Virus record (IMG/VR): IMGVR_UViG_3300033407_000089
Location: 1-30,048 of that record
DNA from: a virus
Taxonomy: Duplodnaviria > Caudoviricetes
Length of the DNA: 30,048 nucleotides
Reading direction: 5' to 3' (one strand)
Shown piece by piece: positions 1 through 9,755 of this stretch (positions within the stretch are counted from its first letter, which is position 1; each line of letters begins with the position of its first letter). The position numbers and the translations under genes were made by a program. The notes under the pieces were generated by a model, which saw nothing but the letters and a program-made list of their open reading frames with translations, was not told where the DNA came from and searched no databases.

Positions 1-154
1 TGAGGCAATAGTTGCCAAAAAAGACCCACTTCGCGCAAATTTAGGAAATCTGCAATTAGTATGCAGAGGGTGTTAGGTTTTGCGATATGATGTCAGTATT
101 TTTCCGATGCGCGGCGTGTCCCTGTCCACCACAACACCCCCGCCGCGATGATCG

Positions 155-997
155 TCACCCATAACGCCGATTCTCAACCACCACCATCCACCATAACAAC
201 ACCGTGATACCCGCAGCCAGCTTCGGGTATTTGCACGCTACCACCGTGATTGTCACGGGCAAGGTATACCCGGCGATATACGGCACGAGCATCGGTGTCG
301 CACCAGCCGCCAAAAACTCATCATCCTCGCGCCATGCCGTCCATAATAGCCACAGCCCCACAGGTATTAAGACCGGCCATGGGGCGTAATTCCACACCAT
401 CTCGTTTGTCTTCGCCTGCTGGATCACGCGCAGCGGTGTCAATCCCCACACCGCAACTGTGACCAAGGCCACAATTGGCAATAAGACAAGCACCTTCAGC
501 CCACGTCGTTTGATCCAGATCAAGACAACCCCGCCTAATGCTTGTGGCTTGACGGCAATCAACGCCGTCCCAACCACCGGTGGCAGCAAGAATCCAACCA
601 AGGGTAGCCATTCGATATTGTTGGTCGTCATCTGTACGAAGAAGGGTGGACAGAGATAAACCGCCAAGATGCCGATTATGCCCACCCTGTACTTGTACAT
701 CAGCACCATCGGGATACTGAAATTGAGCATCAGGTTGACGGCGTTCGCGAGCCGCAATGGCAGCCAAATATGCGGCACTAACAATAACGAAAAGGGTATC
801 CCGATAAAATCGACGCGATCATAATGGCGTAGATCACGAGCGGCTCGATAAGCATTGCGCCAATCGATGCCGACGGGCAGCCGATAAAAAATGAGGGTCA
901 AGGTGAGGAATACAAAAACGAGGGCGACTAGTCCTTTCCAGTCACCCTCGTCTCGAATGCGGCGTAAATCGATGAGCTTCTTACCAGTCAAGCCCAT
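155..997 (-). CDS. Multi-TM GT-C fold glycosyltransferase, GT87/DUF2029-like
   Basis: Many hydrophobic segments. Motifs 'GIDWRNAY', 'NNIEWLPLVGFLLPP' and 'AVKPQ' resemble GT87-like membrane glycosyltransferases. Start placed at ATG 997, which gives a short overlap with the upstream gene, rather than 1063. Confidence 0.6.
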   Translation of the reverse strand: MGLTGKKLIDLRRIRDEGDWKGLVALVFVFLTLTLIFYRLPVGIDWRNAYRAARDLRHYDRVDFIGIPFSLLLVPHIWLPLRLANAVNLMLNFSIPMVLMYKYRVGIIGILAVYLCPPFFVQMTTNNIEWLPLVGFLLPPVVGTALIAVKPQALGGVVLIWIKRRGLKVLVLLPIVALVTVAVWGLTPLRVIQQAKTNEMVWNYAPWPVLIPVGLWLLWTAWREDDEFLAAGATPMLVPYIAGYTLPVTITVVACKYPKLAAGITVLLWWMVVVENRRYG

Positions 998-2465
998 ACC
1001 GCCGATTTTGCTTCTGTGAATACTCTTCGCTAAAAAATACTCGCGAACTTTCCCACTGGTCATCGAAGGCGCTTGACCACCCTACGTCCTTCGAGGTCGC
1101 GTTATGATCGGGTCCGAAATAAGCAGCCCATGGTGATAGCTCAACGTTGTAGATGTAACTCCACTGTTCCCACTTGGCTTTGACCGCAGCCGTGCCGTGC
1201 GGGTTCAGATTATGTCGCCATGCCTCTGTACCCATGATCGGGATTCGATCCAGTCGCGAGAATGGTAGGTCGTAGTCACGAGCCTCTTGTTCGTTTTCCC
1301 ACAGCGCACCGGGTTCCTGCCCCTCCGTCTCGTAGAAATTAACCCCGGCAAAGTCGAAGTGACCGTCGTAGACCGCCTCCCACAAGTCCCGCATCGGGCC
1401 GTTCCCATTGTGTAAATGGGCGATATTGAGTAAGCCCGGCGTGACCAGAACGTCACTATCCTCGGCATGAATCATATCGGCGACCTCATGCAAGAAACTG
1501 ATACCCGCCGCTTGTTGCTCGTCAGTGGCCTTGCCTTGATACTGTGTCGTCATCTCGTTGGCAACCCCATAAGCGAATACATCCCGACTTTTGAGTGCTC
1601 TCACCAATTTTTGGGCAAAGGGCAACATGCGCTGCCGATACTGCTTGGTAGTGAAGTATTCGGGCGTGATATAGCCGTTGCGGTAAAACGGCACGTCTTC
1701 CTCAAAGTGATGCGGTGCATCGCTGCCATAGACACAATCCACTAAGGTGATAAACGCAGTCAGACGGCCTTCGAGCAAATTCAGGGCTTCATGGATGCGC
1801 TCAATCAACCACTCATCATCGTGTCCGCGCAACGGGGCATACAGACGAATGCAATTGAAGGCGTTGCGGAACTTCAACCGATCAAGGGTGAAGTTCACAT
1901 AATGCATCGTTGAGTGTTGGAAAGGTTCAATGCCCTTACCCAAGAAGGCCAGCGGTCGCATGTTGGCCATGCGAATGGGGTGTATCTTGCCGTCTTTGGT
2001 GAAGGTCGGTACGACTTGCCCGTCCATCACGAAATCGGTATAGCTCCACCTGCCTGACGGTTTCGTGCCACCACTGCCACCATTACCACCCCCGTAATCG
2101 ATTCCCTCGACCGACATATAACGTCGTGCATAGTCGGGTTCGCCGGGGGCATTGATCGGCGCTTCGGCGGCCCATTTGCCGGCATGTTGATGGTCACCTT
2201 GGATACCGCGCCAGCGATAGCCGAGCAAATCGACATATTCAGCGTCCACGTCGATGACCTCACCTTGCTTGAGGCCGCCTGTTTGGGCAACCTGTCCGCT
2301 TGGCGACTCGCGTACATTGAGCAAGGTCTCAACCGTCGCCTTTTTGGTACTTGGCGGATCGGGATCAGGGTCAGGTTTAGGATTGGTGTGCAGCGGCCAG
2401 ATGTCAATGATTTGACTGGAGCCGTCTTCAAAATGAATAATCTCCTGCTTTGAAATCACAGGCAT
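981..2465 (-). CDS. SH3-like domain + clan GH-A (GH5-like) glycoside hydrolase, in the endolysin position
   Basis: N-terminal 'LLNVRESPSG...LKQGEVIDV...YRWRGI...GKWAAE' is SH3b-like, followed by a Gly-rich linker. The TIM-barrel-like part has 'FNCIRLY', 'VFAYGVANE' (acid/base Glu) and 'IMGTEAW' (nucleophile Glu). Directly follows the holin-like gene. Confidence 0.65.
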   Translation of the reverse strand: MPVISKQEIIHFEDGSSQIIDIWPLHTNPKPDPDPDPPSTKKATVETLLNVRESPSGQVAQTGGLKQGEVIDVDAEYVDLLGYRWRGIQGDHQHAGKWAAEAPINAPGEPDYARRYMSVEGIDYGGGNGGSGGTKPSGRWSYTDFVMDGQVVPTFTKDGKIHPIRMANMRPLAFLGKGIEPFQHSTMHYVNFTLDRLKFRNAFNCIRLYAPLRGHDDEWLIERIHEALNLLEGRLTAFITLVDCVYGSDAPHHFEEDVPFYRNGYITPEYFTTKQYRQRMLPFAQKLVRALKSRDVFAYGVANEMTTQYQGKATDEQQAAGISFLHEVADMIHAEDSDVLVTPGLLNIAHLHNGNGPMRDLWEAVYDGHFDFAGVNFYETEGQEPGALWENEQEARDYDLPFSRLDRIPIMGTEAWRHNLNPHGTAAVKAKWEQWSYIYNVELSPWAAYFGPDHNATSKDVGWSSAFDDQWESSRVFFSEEYSQKQNRRYGLDW

Positions 2466-2468
2466 TGT

Positions 2469-2879
2469 TTATTTACTCCCCTCGTTCTGTTTGTCCAAGA
2501 TTACGTCATTGCGCTTTTCCAATTCGGCAATGACCGCATTCACGAGTGCCGTTTCCACTGGGTCTGGAATATCGTAGCCCGTGCGGGCTTCTAGTTGGTC
2601 GATCCCCTTTTGGAGGGCTGTTCCGATGACGCGGGCGTTTTTCCGAATATACTCTCGACCGGACGGCATCCCAAACAGGGTCATGCCAAAAAAGATAATG
2701 AGGACGACGAAAAGCTGTGCGTAAACAATATCGACATAGGCGACGAAGTAGGCAGCCAACACGGTGACGACTGCACCTAAAACAACCTCATCGTCAAGCA
2801 ACGTTATCACCGGCCTCAGGATTGGGCTTTGCACTATCGTTTGGCGTAATTCCCGTATTCGTTGGACGATCTGTTCCAT
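2469..2879 (-). CDS. Holin-like membrane protein (2 TM)
   Basis: Two hydrophobic helices (aa ~32-70) and a charged C-terminus. SD AAGGAG lies upstream of ATG 2879. Sits between the tail genes and the hydrolase. Confidence 0.55.
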   Translation of the reverse strand: MEQIVQRIRELRQTIVQSPILRPVITLLDDEVVLGAVVTVLAAYFVAYVDIVYAQLFVVLIIFFGMTLFGMPSGREYIRKNARVIGTALQKGIDQLEARTGYDIPDPVETALVNAVIAELEKRNDVILDKQNEGSK

Positions 2880-3537
2880 CGTTAATCTCCTTTAATAGGT
2901 CTTGAATTTGGGTTTGTTCCTCAATGAAGTGGGTTACCTTCACCGTTAAAATTTGCAGTTCGTCGGCAGTTGCCAGTGCTTTAAGGCTATCTGTCAATGC
3001 CGATAAGGTTGGTCTCAGTTTATCGAAGAGGGCATCAGTAGATGCCTGCACCAGATTAGGAAATTCATCAATTCTTTTCTGGATACTATTCACCTTCCCG
3101 TCAAGGACGTTGAGGTACGCATTTTGTTCCCCACGAAAGGATTGTAGTTTGGTATCAATTGCCTCATGGCGACCCGCCGCCTTGGTCTCATGTTCAGAGA
3201 TCAGTGACCCATGATTCTGTGTGCGTTGCACCAACTCCATTTGTACACTACCAGTGCGTTCCTGTGTGTTAGCGATAACGCCCATTTGGCTTTGGATGCC
3301 ACGTAATACATCGTTCTGGGCCGCAAAACTTGAGGCGGCTAATTGGATGACGTTATTTAACGAATCAGTATCCGATTTCTTTTCTTCCGCACGCGACTTT
3401 TCGGACTCGCGTGCGGCGTTGATTTCCGCCATCCGTTGCTGGTGAAAATAACGCAACAAGATAATGCCTCCAACAATCGTGAGAACACTGATAGGGAGTT
3501 GCGTCAATGTTTCAGTTAGCCAATCCTGCAATGTCAT
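2794..3537 (-). CDS. N-terminal TM + long coiled-coil protein (lysis-region hypothetical)
   Basis: One TM ('LPISVLTIVGGIILL') followed by heptad-rich helical sequence. SD GGAGAGG upstream. Overlaps the next gene by 86 nt. Confidence 0.6.
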   Translation of the reverse strand: MTLQDWLTETLTQLPISVLTIVGGIILLRYFHQQRMAEINAARESEKSRAEEKKSDTDSLNNVIQLAASSFAAQNDVLRGIQSQMGVIANTQERTGSVQMELVQRTQNHGSLISEHETKAAGRHEAIDTKLQSFRGEQNAYLNVLDGKVNSIQKRIDEFPNLVQASTDALFDKLRPTLSALTDSLKALATADELQILTVKVTHFIEEQTQIQDLLKEINDGTDRPTNTGITPNDSAKPNPEAGDNVA

Positions 3538-3571
3538 TCTCTGCCTCTCCGGGCGTGTTATAATATGTTTG

Positions 3572-3630
3572 GCTCACCCATACGCCCAATGTGTGGGTGA
3601 GCTATTGTTTGCGATGTTATGTTCGCAAAC
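3572..3630. promoter_or_regulatory. Two adjacent inverted repeats between the tail and lysis modules
   Basis: gctcacccatac(3572-3583)/gtgtgggtgagc(3591-3602) and gtttgcga(3607-3614)/tcgcaaac(3623-3630), within a 114-bp intergenic gap. Confidence 0.5.
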
Positions 3631-3651
3631 CAGTGATCTTCGCGGACTCCT

Positions 3652-4155
3652 TCATTCGCCGTTCTGAAGCTTTGGAAATACCTTATTGCGTAATGCTAAA
3701 ACACCCCAACCTTCGGCGCGTCCCTCAGCAGCCATGACTTGAATAACGTCTAACATACCTTGTATGACGGGTAGTGCTGTTGCGAGGTTGGTGATACCCA
3801 AAACGTCGATTTGTAACTGCTCAATGACTGTCTTGATATTGCCATCGTGCCATGTCAATCCCTGCTGGATTGTCCAATGCGCCCAGTTCGGGATATCGCC
3901 AAACGCCTGCTCTGCACCCGCTGCAATATCCAACCAACTCACTCGTACGGTATCAACAACTATTCGTGCGTCCTGTTGTTGTTGTATCGTCAGTGCTACG
4001 TTTGTGGTGATGGTTAATACGCCGTCCCTAAACGATAGGCTGCTTATCGTTGCAACTTCGTTAAGTGCAGATTGGAGTTGTGCTAAGGCCCCAATTCCAT
4101 CCGCCAATTCGACATTTTCTAATACGTATTCAGGCATTTCATTATCCCCAGACAT
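3652..4155 (-). CDS. Hypothetical tail-associated protein (possible fibre chaperone)
   Basis: 167-aa ORF directly after the fibre-like gene. Function inferred from position only. Confidence 0.5.
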   Translation of the reverse strand: MSGDNEMPEYVLENVELADGIGALAQLQSALNEVATISSLSFRDGVLTITTNVALTIQQQQDARIVVDTVRVSWLDIAAGAEQAFGDIPNWAHWTIQQGLTWHDGNIKTVIEQLQIDVLGITNLATALPVIQGMLDVIQVMAAEGRAEGWGVLALRNKVFPKLQNGE

Positions 4156-5809
4156 GACCTGTCATTGCTGATTTTAGTGTTACACTCGCGCCGTTGTCGC
4201 CAAATATGGTGCTTGTTCCGCTCTGCACCTTTTGGAGTACAGGCGCTTCGTGTTCGCCCTCGCTCGGTATTTGGTGATAGGCAAACATTGCTGTAATCAG
4301 TGTGCTTGTACCGCCGCCGCCGATGAAGGTATCGGCGGCTGAAACAGTTGTGCTATCAATTCCAACGCTGATAAACGTGCTTGCGGCGGTATTGAAGGTA
4401 TTGAAACCGCCCAATAGCCATACCTGTTTTGGACGGCTTGACTGAATGAAGCTCACTTTGTTGGAGGTCTGACCTCTTAATTGTTCGAAAGTAGTTGATG
4501 TTGTTGTCCACAAATTCGTGTCATCATGCAAGTACAGTCGCAACTGCACTTGATTGTACTCGTTTGAAATATACCGAGTCGTTGCGCTACTTTCAGTCTG
4601 TCCACTCACCCCCGTTGTGCGAATTTTACCAATCCATAACTTGGAGTGGTCACTCGCCATAACCTTTACGCCGTCCTGCGTGCCAAGTGCGGTGGCCCGC
4701 GTGGTGTCGTTTGTCCACGCCACAAATTCAAGTCGGTAATCCGCGCCGTCGTGGTAGAAAAACACATCATAAGGTGTGTTGGTGGTACTCGGCACACTCG
4801 CGCTGATTTCTTCCCACTGGTGGGTTTGCCACTCGCCAAGCGTGGTGTTAAACAGCTTGGCATACCCGGTATCCAGTGCGTTGCCGTCCTGGTCTGTCGG
4901 CGCACAATATACAGTCGTCACAGCGGTCTGATCCGCAGTCGGAGTCGGGTCGCCGGATACAGGTGTCAGTCGGCCCCCAAAGAAGCCTGCGTAGATGCCG
5001 TCGTTAGCACCGATTATTCGCGGTGCAGCGTGACGTGGCACAATGTCGGTTTTGGCAAGTTGTGTCAGTCCTTCGTGCAGGCGCACATGACCTAAACCAG
5101 CCACACCTTCGGCCACCGTGTTGACCCCACTTTCAGCAGGTCGCGGTAAAGCGGCAATATTAAATTCATCACCATCGGTGACTTGCATGGTACCTGCGAT
5201 GTCAATTCCCACCATCACATATTTGGCTTTGCCTGCGGTGACAGGTATGTAGGAAGCCAGATCGCCCAAGACTTTTTCATGGGTGTAATAAAGCGTATTG
5301 CCCACCCACCATGCACCCTCACTGACCTTGATCTCGGTGCCGTCACCCGGCATCAGTCGCAGTTCCACAACCTGCGACATGGTTACCTGTTTGGCTTTGA
5401 ATAACTCAAACTGTAGGTTGGTGGCATTACCTGCGACGGCATAACTGGTAATCGGATCACCCGGACCGATGATGGCTACATAGGGCTTACCCGCTTTACG
5501 AGCGCAAGTCACCGGAATTTCAGGTTGGTTGTTGGAATACACCAGCCCGTCCCACTCGTTGACGGCTTCGAGCACGTCGGTAGGATTATTAAAATTATCG
5601 ACCTTGCGTACAAAGAAGGTGCGAGGCAAGCTTTGTTCGGCTTGAGGCACGATAATGCGTCCGTTGCCGTCACCTAACATGGCCTCAAATTGGCCGGTGG
5701 TGCCAACTTGGCGCACCAACCGCGTGAGCGATGCTTCCAACGCCTGTTGATATTGAATCAGGGTTTGCTCAATATTTTGCACTGGCACAAGGTCACTACG
5801 CCTACCCAT
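4142..5809 (-). CDS. Tail fibre / receptor-binding-like protein
   Basis: Thr/Ser/Gly-rich, beta-type C-terminal half ('GGRLTPVSGDPTPTADQTAVTTVY...'). Coupled to the upstream tail gene by TAATG. Confidence 0.6.
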   Translation of the reverse strand: MGRRSDLVPVQNIEQTLIQYQQALEASLTRLVRQVGTTGQFEAMLGDGNGRIIVPQAEQSLPRTFFVRKVDNFNNPTDVLEAVNEWDGLVYSNNQPEIPVTCARKAGKPYVAIIGPGDPITSYAVAGNATNLQFELFKAKQVTMSQVVELRLMPGDGTEIKVSEGAWWVGNTLYYTHEKVLGDLASYIPVTAGKAKYVMVGIDIAGTMQVTDGDEFNIAALPRPAESGVNTVAEGVAGLGHVRLHEGLTQLAKTDIVPRHAAPRIIGANDGIYAGFFGGRLTPVSGDPTPTADQTAVTTVYCAPTDQDGNALDTGYAKLFNTTLGEWQTHQWEEISASVPSTTNTPYDVFFYHDGADYRLEFVAWTNDTTRATALGTQDGVKVMASDHSKLWIGKIRTTGVSGQTESSATTRYISNEYNQVQLRLYLHDDTNLWTTTSTTFEQLRGQTSNKVSFIQSSRPKQVWLLGGFNTFNTAASTFISVGIDSTTVSAADTFIGGGGTSTLITAMFAYHQIPSEGEHEAPVLQKVQSGTSTIFGDNGASVTLKSAMTGHVWG

Positions 5810-8800
5810 TAAAATAACCTCATGCCGTTCACGGGGAAGTCACTGATGGCAACAGTGAAATCCCCGGCCCGGTTCTTTAGGGTGGCCCCACCATCACTGG
5901 AGAAGAAAATGCCGTCTTGTCCGGTCAACCACATACTGCTTAAGCCTGTGTGGTGCAAGAAGGTCAAATCAACATCCTCTTGAACAATCATCCATGCGCC
6001 GGTCTCATCGCGGAAAAGTAATTTGATCGGCGCTTCCTCGTCGGATTCGTCACGGGCTAAACAACGCATGATATTCGGGTTGCCGCCAAAGGTCTCTAAT
6101 GTATTGGGGCCATCCATGACGGCATAAGTTACCGACGAGATGACTGGTGTGATGTCGGTGAGATTGGATACGCTGCCGTCTGCTAAATCGATCTCGCCCC
6201 ACTGGATCGTCACCCCACCATCTGCAGCGTGGAAACATGCTATAAATTCGAGCGCGTTGCCGTCGTTGTTGAATATTGACGAATCACTAAACCGCCGATA
6301 GGGAATTCGCAGACAACTAAAGTAGGAACTACCTGCATCCAAACCCGATGCAGTACTGAATGCCCCATCATAGGCGGTGGCGTACTCAAGATCGGGTCCG
6401 TTGGCAGCTAAGACGGCTCCACCAGCGAAGTCGTCACAGTCAGCCACATCGACGCCCGTGCCGTCGCCAAAGGTTGCCGTGCTGATGGTATCACCCTGAT
6501 CGTCAGTATAAACAAGGATGCCACCAGCATTTGGGTCACCATAATAAATTGGATACAGGTCGATGACGGTCGTACCAACCGTATCTTTATTACGCCGGAA
6601 GCCCGCATTTTTAGTTTCTGTCGCGGGCAAGAAAGTGTCCCACTCGACAAAGTCACCAACTTGGGTTTCGCTCATGCTGACGGCAGCGAACACTGTATTG
6701 TTGGCAAAGATAAAGCCGTCGGCATCATAAATGTCAACCAAATTACCTTCCGGTCCCACGTTCCACAATACCGGGTCCGGTGTCGGATTATCCGAGCCCA
6801 ATGAAGATCGGTTACGAACAACAACCGTTGCGCCATCAAGGGTGACGGTAAACTTAAGCCCATGTATCTTGTCGTCATTGCCGCCGACGGGAACAACGCC
6901 CCAGTCATCGACCCAAAACGGAACACCATCCCCGGTCAGGGATACGGTATCGCATTTGGCCCCGATGTAATAATCCGGGCTGCCCGTCTGTGATCCGAAT
7001 GCGAGGATACCGCCAGAGCCGCGCACCGGACGGAAAAAATTTAATACGCCGTCGATGGTTTGTTTGTCCTCAAAGACAGGACTTGCAACCAATAAATCAT
7101 TGCAATATTTGAGTACTGTTTCTTCCTCGACCGTGTCGTAATCCAAGACAAAACCACCAAGTTTGCCCGCTGGATCAATCGTCAGGCGTGGGCTAGCTGG
7201 ATCAAGGATGAAATCTTTTAACAGATCGGCGACGGTGTAAAGATGATGCCATGCCGTATCAACCCGGCTGTACGACAGCCCCAGTGCTGAGTTTGAATAA
7301 GCGATGACTGAGCCTTCGGTCTCCTCGCTCTGAGGTTGGTAGATGTCTTCGAGCCAATCGGTCGGCCACGTCCACGGCAGGTCTGAATCGTAGGAAAAAT
7401 AAAAGGTGCCGTCGAAGTCATATGAGGCCGCGCTATTGTCACGTGGGTAGATGATCGTCTCACCCGGTGCATTGACTCCACTTGCTTCTCCCTCTAGGGT
7501 GAAGGTTGTCATATCCACCCCATTTTCGTCATGGGTGAGGGATACCTCGATGACGGCACAGCGGCGTTGAATCGCTTCACCTGTTGGTGATTCATCAGCG
7601 TCTACGTCAATGTTCACCCAATACCCGGCAGCAGGTTCAATGACATCGTAATTGCCCACGCAGTTAAAGGTAATTCGCCCGTAGGGATTATTACGACGGG
7701 CCAGCTCGTCCGCCGCGATCCGATTCAAATCGTCCTGATCAACAGGCAATAAATTCAGCAGCGAGACTTCTTGTGTCGCCTGCCCTGTCACACGCCCCGG
7801 TGAAAATGAATGCACCACGCTTTGGGTTAACCCGGACACTAGTCCATTGGCTCGCACCCGTCCAACAACCGGTCGTAGATGAAAGCTTGGTACATCGGCA
7901 GCTTTGCCGTCTTGGGATGTCAGCACCATACGCTCGATGAGCGCATCCCGTTCGGTCGGGTTCAGGCGCAGCGGATCGCGAATGATACGTAGTGTGCCAT
8001 TGCTTTCCTGTGTGACCTCCCCGCTGATACGTGCGACGATTTCATTTAGCTGATCGACAAAGTTGTTGCTCGATACTTTCCACGCAGGCGCAGTGTGGGT
8101 GATGCCCGACGGCTCGAAGTCGAATAGGTTGAGCAAGGTCGAGTGCCAGTAGAGCAAATAAAAAACGACAAAATCGACAGTCGATAAGCCTGCCACAAAC
8201 TCCGTCCACTTGGTGGGTTCGTCAACCACCACCAATGCTTGTGAGTAAGAGACGGTATCTTTGAGGATATCGAGCGGACTGGCAACCTCAAAACTGGTGG
8301 TGATGTCGATACTACGGTCGATGGCGGCGATGCCCCCGCTACCTGTCTTGGCAAAGCCCACAAATTGTTTACTGGCTGAGGCGATATCGTTCCCGCCCCA
8401 CGACGGCGTTGACCACAGGATCACCATCGCATTATTGGGCAGGTCGTAACTGGTCAGCGGATCAAATAAATCAACCGTCGCTCGCCGTCCACCTCGACCG
8501 CGACTATCCGAGCTAAAGTCACGTATTTCAATGGGGGCATAGGTCGTCTTATTATGGGCATACACATGGCGTTGAGCCGTGATGGTAGCCCCGCTCGATA
8601 AAGTCACCGTGCAACTGATAACCCGATGCCCGGCCGGAAACGTCGCCGTCCAAGATTGTGATGCGGCATTACCGACGGTAAATGAGCCGTCATCGATGTC
8701 CCAGCTATAAGACGATACTGTTTCCGACAGCCATGGCAGGGCAGTTGCCGTCTTAGAGACCGTCAATAATCCTGTGTCCGGGTCAACGAAATCGGCGATG

Positions 8801-9312
8801 TGCTGCCCAATCTTAAGCACGGGCGGCGGCTTGTCTTTGTTCTGGTCATCGTAGACAATGTCGTAGTCTTTGAAAAATGTTCCACTGCCGTCTAAGTAGA
8901 CAATCCGTGAAAAGACCGACCAGAGGTTATAGTCATTGATGATGGTGACGTGTAGGTTATCACCTAGCGATTGCAGTAAGCCCGTTGGTTTGAGGCCAAA
9001 ATCGCCGTTCGATAATTCCTGTATATATAACGTGTCCGCTGCGGGAGTCTTGCGTACCCGGTGGATACCCACGTCGTTGGCTCCTGCCGTCGTACCCAGC
9101 CACACTGTCATGTTTTTATTGACACTGCCCCAACCCGCCGAGGTGTTATCGACGGCGAGTTCAGCTAAAGGACGGGTAAAGGCGACTTGATTAACCTGTG
9201 CCGTGGCCACCGTCGACTGGGGAATAATGGTGAGATACCACGTCGTCTTGTGGCGCTCGGCCCGATCCCGCAGACTGGCTAGTTCGCCCCCGCTAAGTGC
9301 TACATAACTCAC
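5809..9312 (-). CDS. Large tail tip/hub protein with a C-terminal beta-propeller-like region
   Basis: 1167 aa, second gene after the tape measure. Asp-box-like motifs 'YTDDQGDT' and 'FSSDGGATL' in the C-terminal half. Confidence 0.65.
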   Translation of the reverse strand: MSYVALSGGELASLRDRAERHKTTWYLTIIPQSTVATAQVNQVAFTRPLAELAVDNTSAGWGSVNKNMTVWLGTTAGANDVGIHRVRKTPAADTLYIQELSNGDFGLKPTGLLQSLGDNLHVTIINDYNLWSVFSRIVYLDGSGTFFKDYDIVYDDQNKDKPPPVLKIGQHIADFVDPDTGLLTVSKTATALPWLSETVSSYSWDIDDGSFTVGNAASQSWTATFPAGHRVISCTVTLSSGATITAQRHVYAHNKTTYAPIEIRDFSSDSRGRGGRRATVDLFDPLTSYDLPNNAMVILWSTPSWGGNDIASASKQFVGFAKTGSGGIAAIDRSIDITTSFEVASPLDILKDTVSYSQALVVVDEPTKWTEFVAGLSTVDFVVFYLLYWHSTLLNLFDFEPSGITHTAPAWKVSSNNFVDQLNEIVARISGEVTQESNGTLRIIRDPLRLNPTERDALIERMVLTSQDGKAADVPSFHLRPVVGRVRANGLVSGLTQSVVHSFSPGRVTGQATQEVSLLNLLPVDQDDLNRIAADELARRNNPYGRITFNCVGNYDVIEPAAGYWVNIDVDADESPTGEAIQRRCAVIEVSLTHDENGVDMTTFTLEGEASGVNAPGETIIYPRDNSAASYDFDGTFYFSYDSDLPWTWPTDWLEDIYQPQSEETEGSVIAYSNSALGLSYSRVDTAWHHLYTVADLLKDFILDPASPRLTIDPAGKLGGFVLDYDTVEEETVLKYCNDLLVASPVFEDKQTIDGVLNFFRPVRGSGGILAFGSQTGSPDYYIGAKCDTVSLTGDGVPFWVDDWGVVPVGGNDDKIHGLKFTVTLDGATVVVRNRSSLGSDNPTPDPVLWNVGPEGNLVDIYDADGFIFANNTVFAAVSMSETQVGDFVEWDTFLPATETKNAGFRRNKDTVGTTVIDLYPIYYGDPNAGGILVYTDDQGDTISTATFGDGTGVDVADCDDFAGGAVLAANGPDLEYATAYDGAFSTASGLDAGSSYFSCLRIPYRRFSDSSIFNNDGNALEFIACFHAADGGVTIQWGEIDLADGSVSNLTDITPVISSVTYAVMDGPNTLETFGGNPNIMRCLARDESDEEAPIKLLFRDETGAWMIVQEDVDLTFLHHTGLSSMWLTGQDGIFFSSDGGATLKNRAGDFTVAISDFPVNGMRLF

Positions 9313-9755
9313 GTGATAATGACTCCATCGGTGAAACTAAATAAGACGTTCTGATACCCGCCTTCTTGAATCGGGTAGTCAGCAGGTTCATGTAGGATGC
9401 ATTGCAGGTAGACCGGGTTGCCATCACGGTCATAGGTTCGCACCGTGATGGCAGCACTGGGAACGCCCGACGGCAAGAACGTTGTGAACCAATAGGTCGT
9501 CATGCCCAGTGTGAAGTTGCCAAATCCCCAATCAAAGAAATAAGTACCTAAGTTGCGGGAGTGTCCACTAAATGAGCGTTCGACACGCACACGGGGGATA
9601 CCCGGAGCCAAACGCATATCCGGTGCTGCCCAACGGAAACGCAAATCCATATCACTTTGTAAAGGGAAATTGCGGATGATGTCGTCGTCGGTGAAGTCAA
9701 CAACATCATGTAGTCCGGCTTTGATGGCCTGATCACGACCACGTTGAGTAGGCAT
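9309..9755 (-). CDS. Distal tail (Dit-like) protein
   Basis: 148 aa, immediately after the tape measure and translationally coupled on both sides. Call is positional. Confidence 0.5.
   Translation of the reverse strand: MPTQRGRDQAIKAGLHDVVDFTDDDIIRNFPLQSDMDLRFRWAAPDMRLAPGIPRVRVERSFSGHSRNLGTYFFDWGFGNFTLGMTTYWFTTFLPSGVPSAAITVRTYDRDGNPVYLQCILHEPADYPIQEGGYQNVLFSFTDGVIIT

Noticed and set aside
4-147. Hairpins ggcaa/ttgcc (4-16) and cgcggcg/cgccgcg (110-147) as terminators or a prophage end
   Set aside because: Short stem or very large loop, with no correctly placed U-tract. No att core can be identified from one end.
3591-3599. 9-mer gtgtgggtg shared with 27863-27871
   Set aside because: A single 9-bp match is compatible with chance.
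4142-9312. Diversity-generating retroelement or invertible tail-fibre cassette
   Set aside because: No reverse transcriptase, recombinase, template/variable repeat pair or flanking inverted repeats seen in the window.
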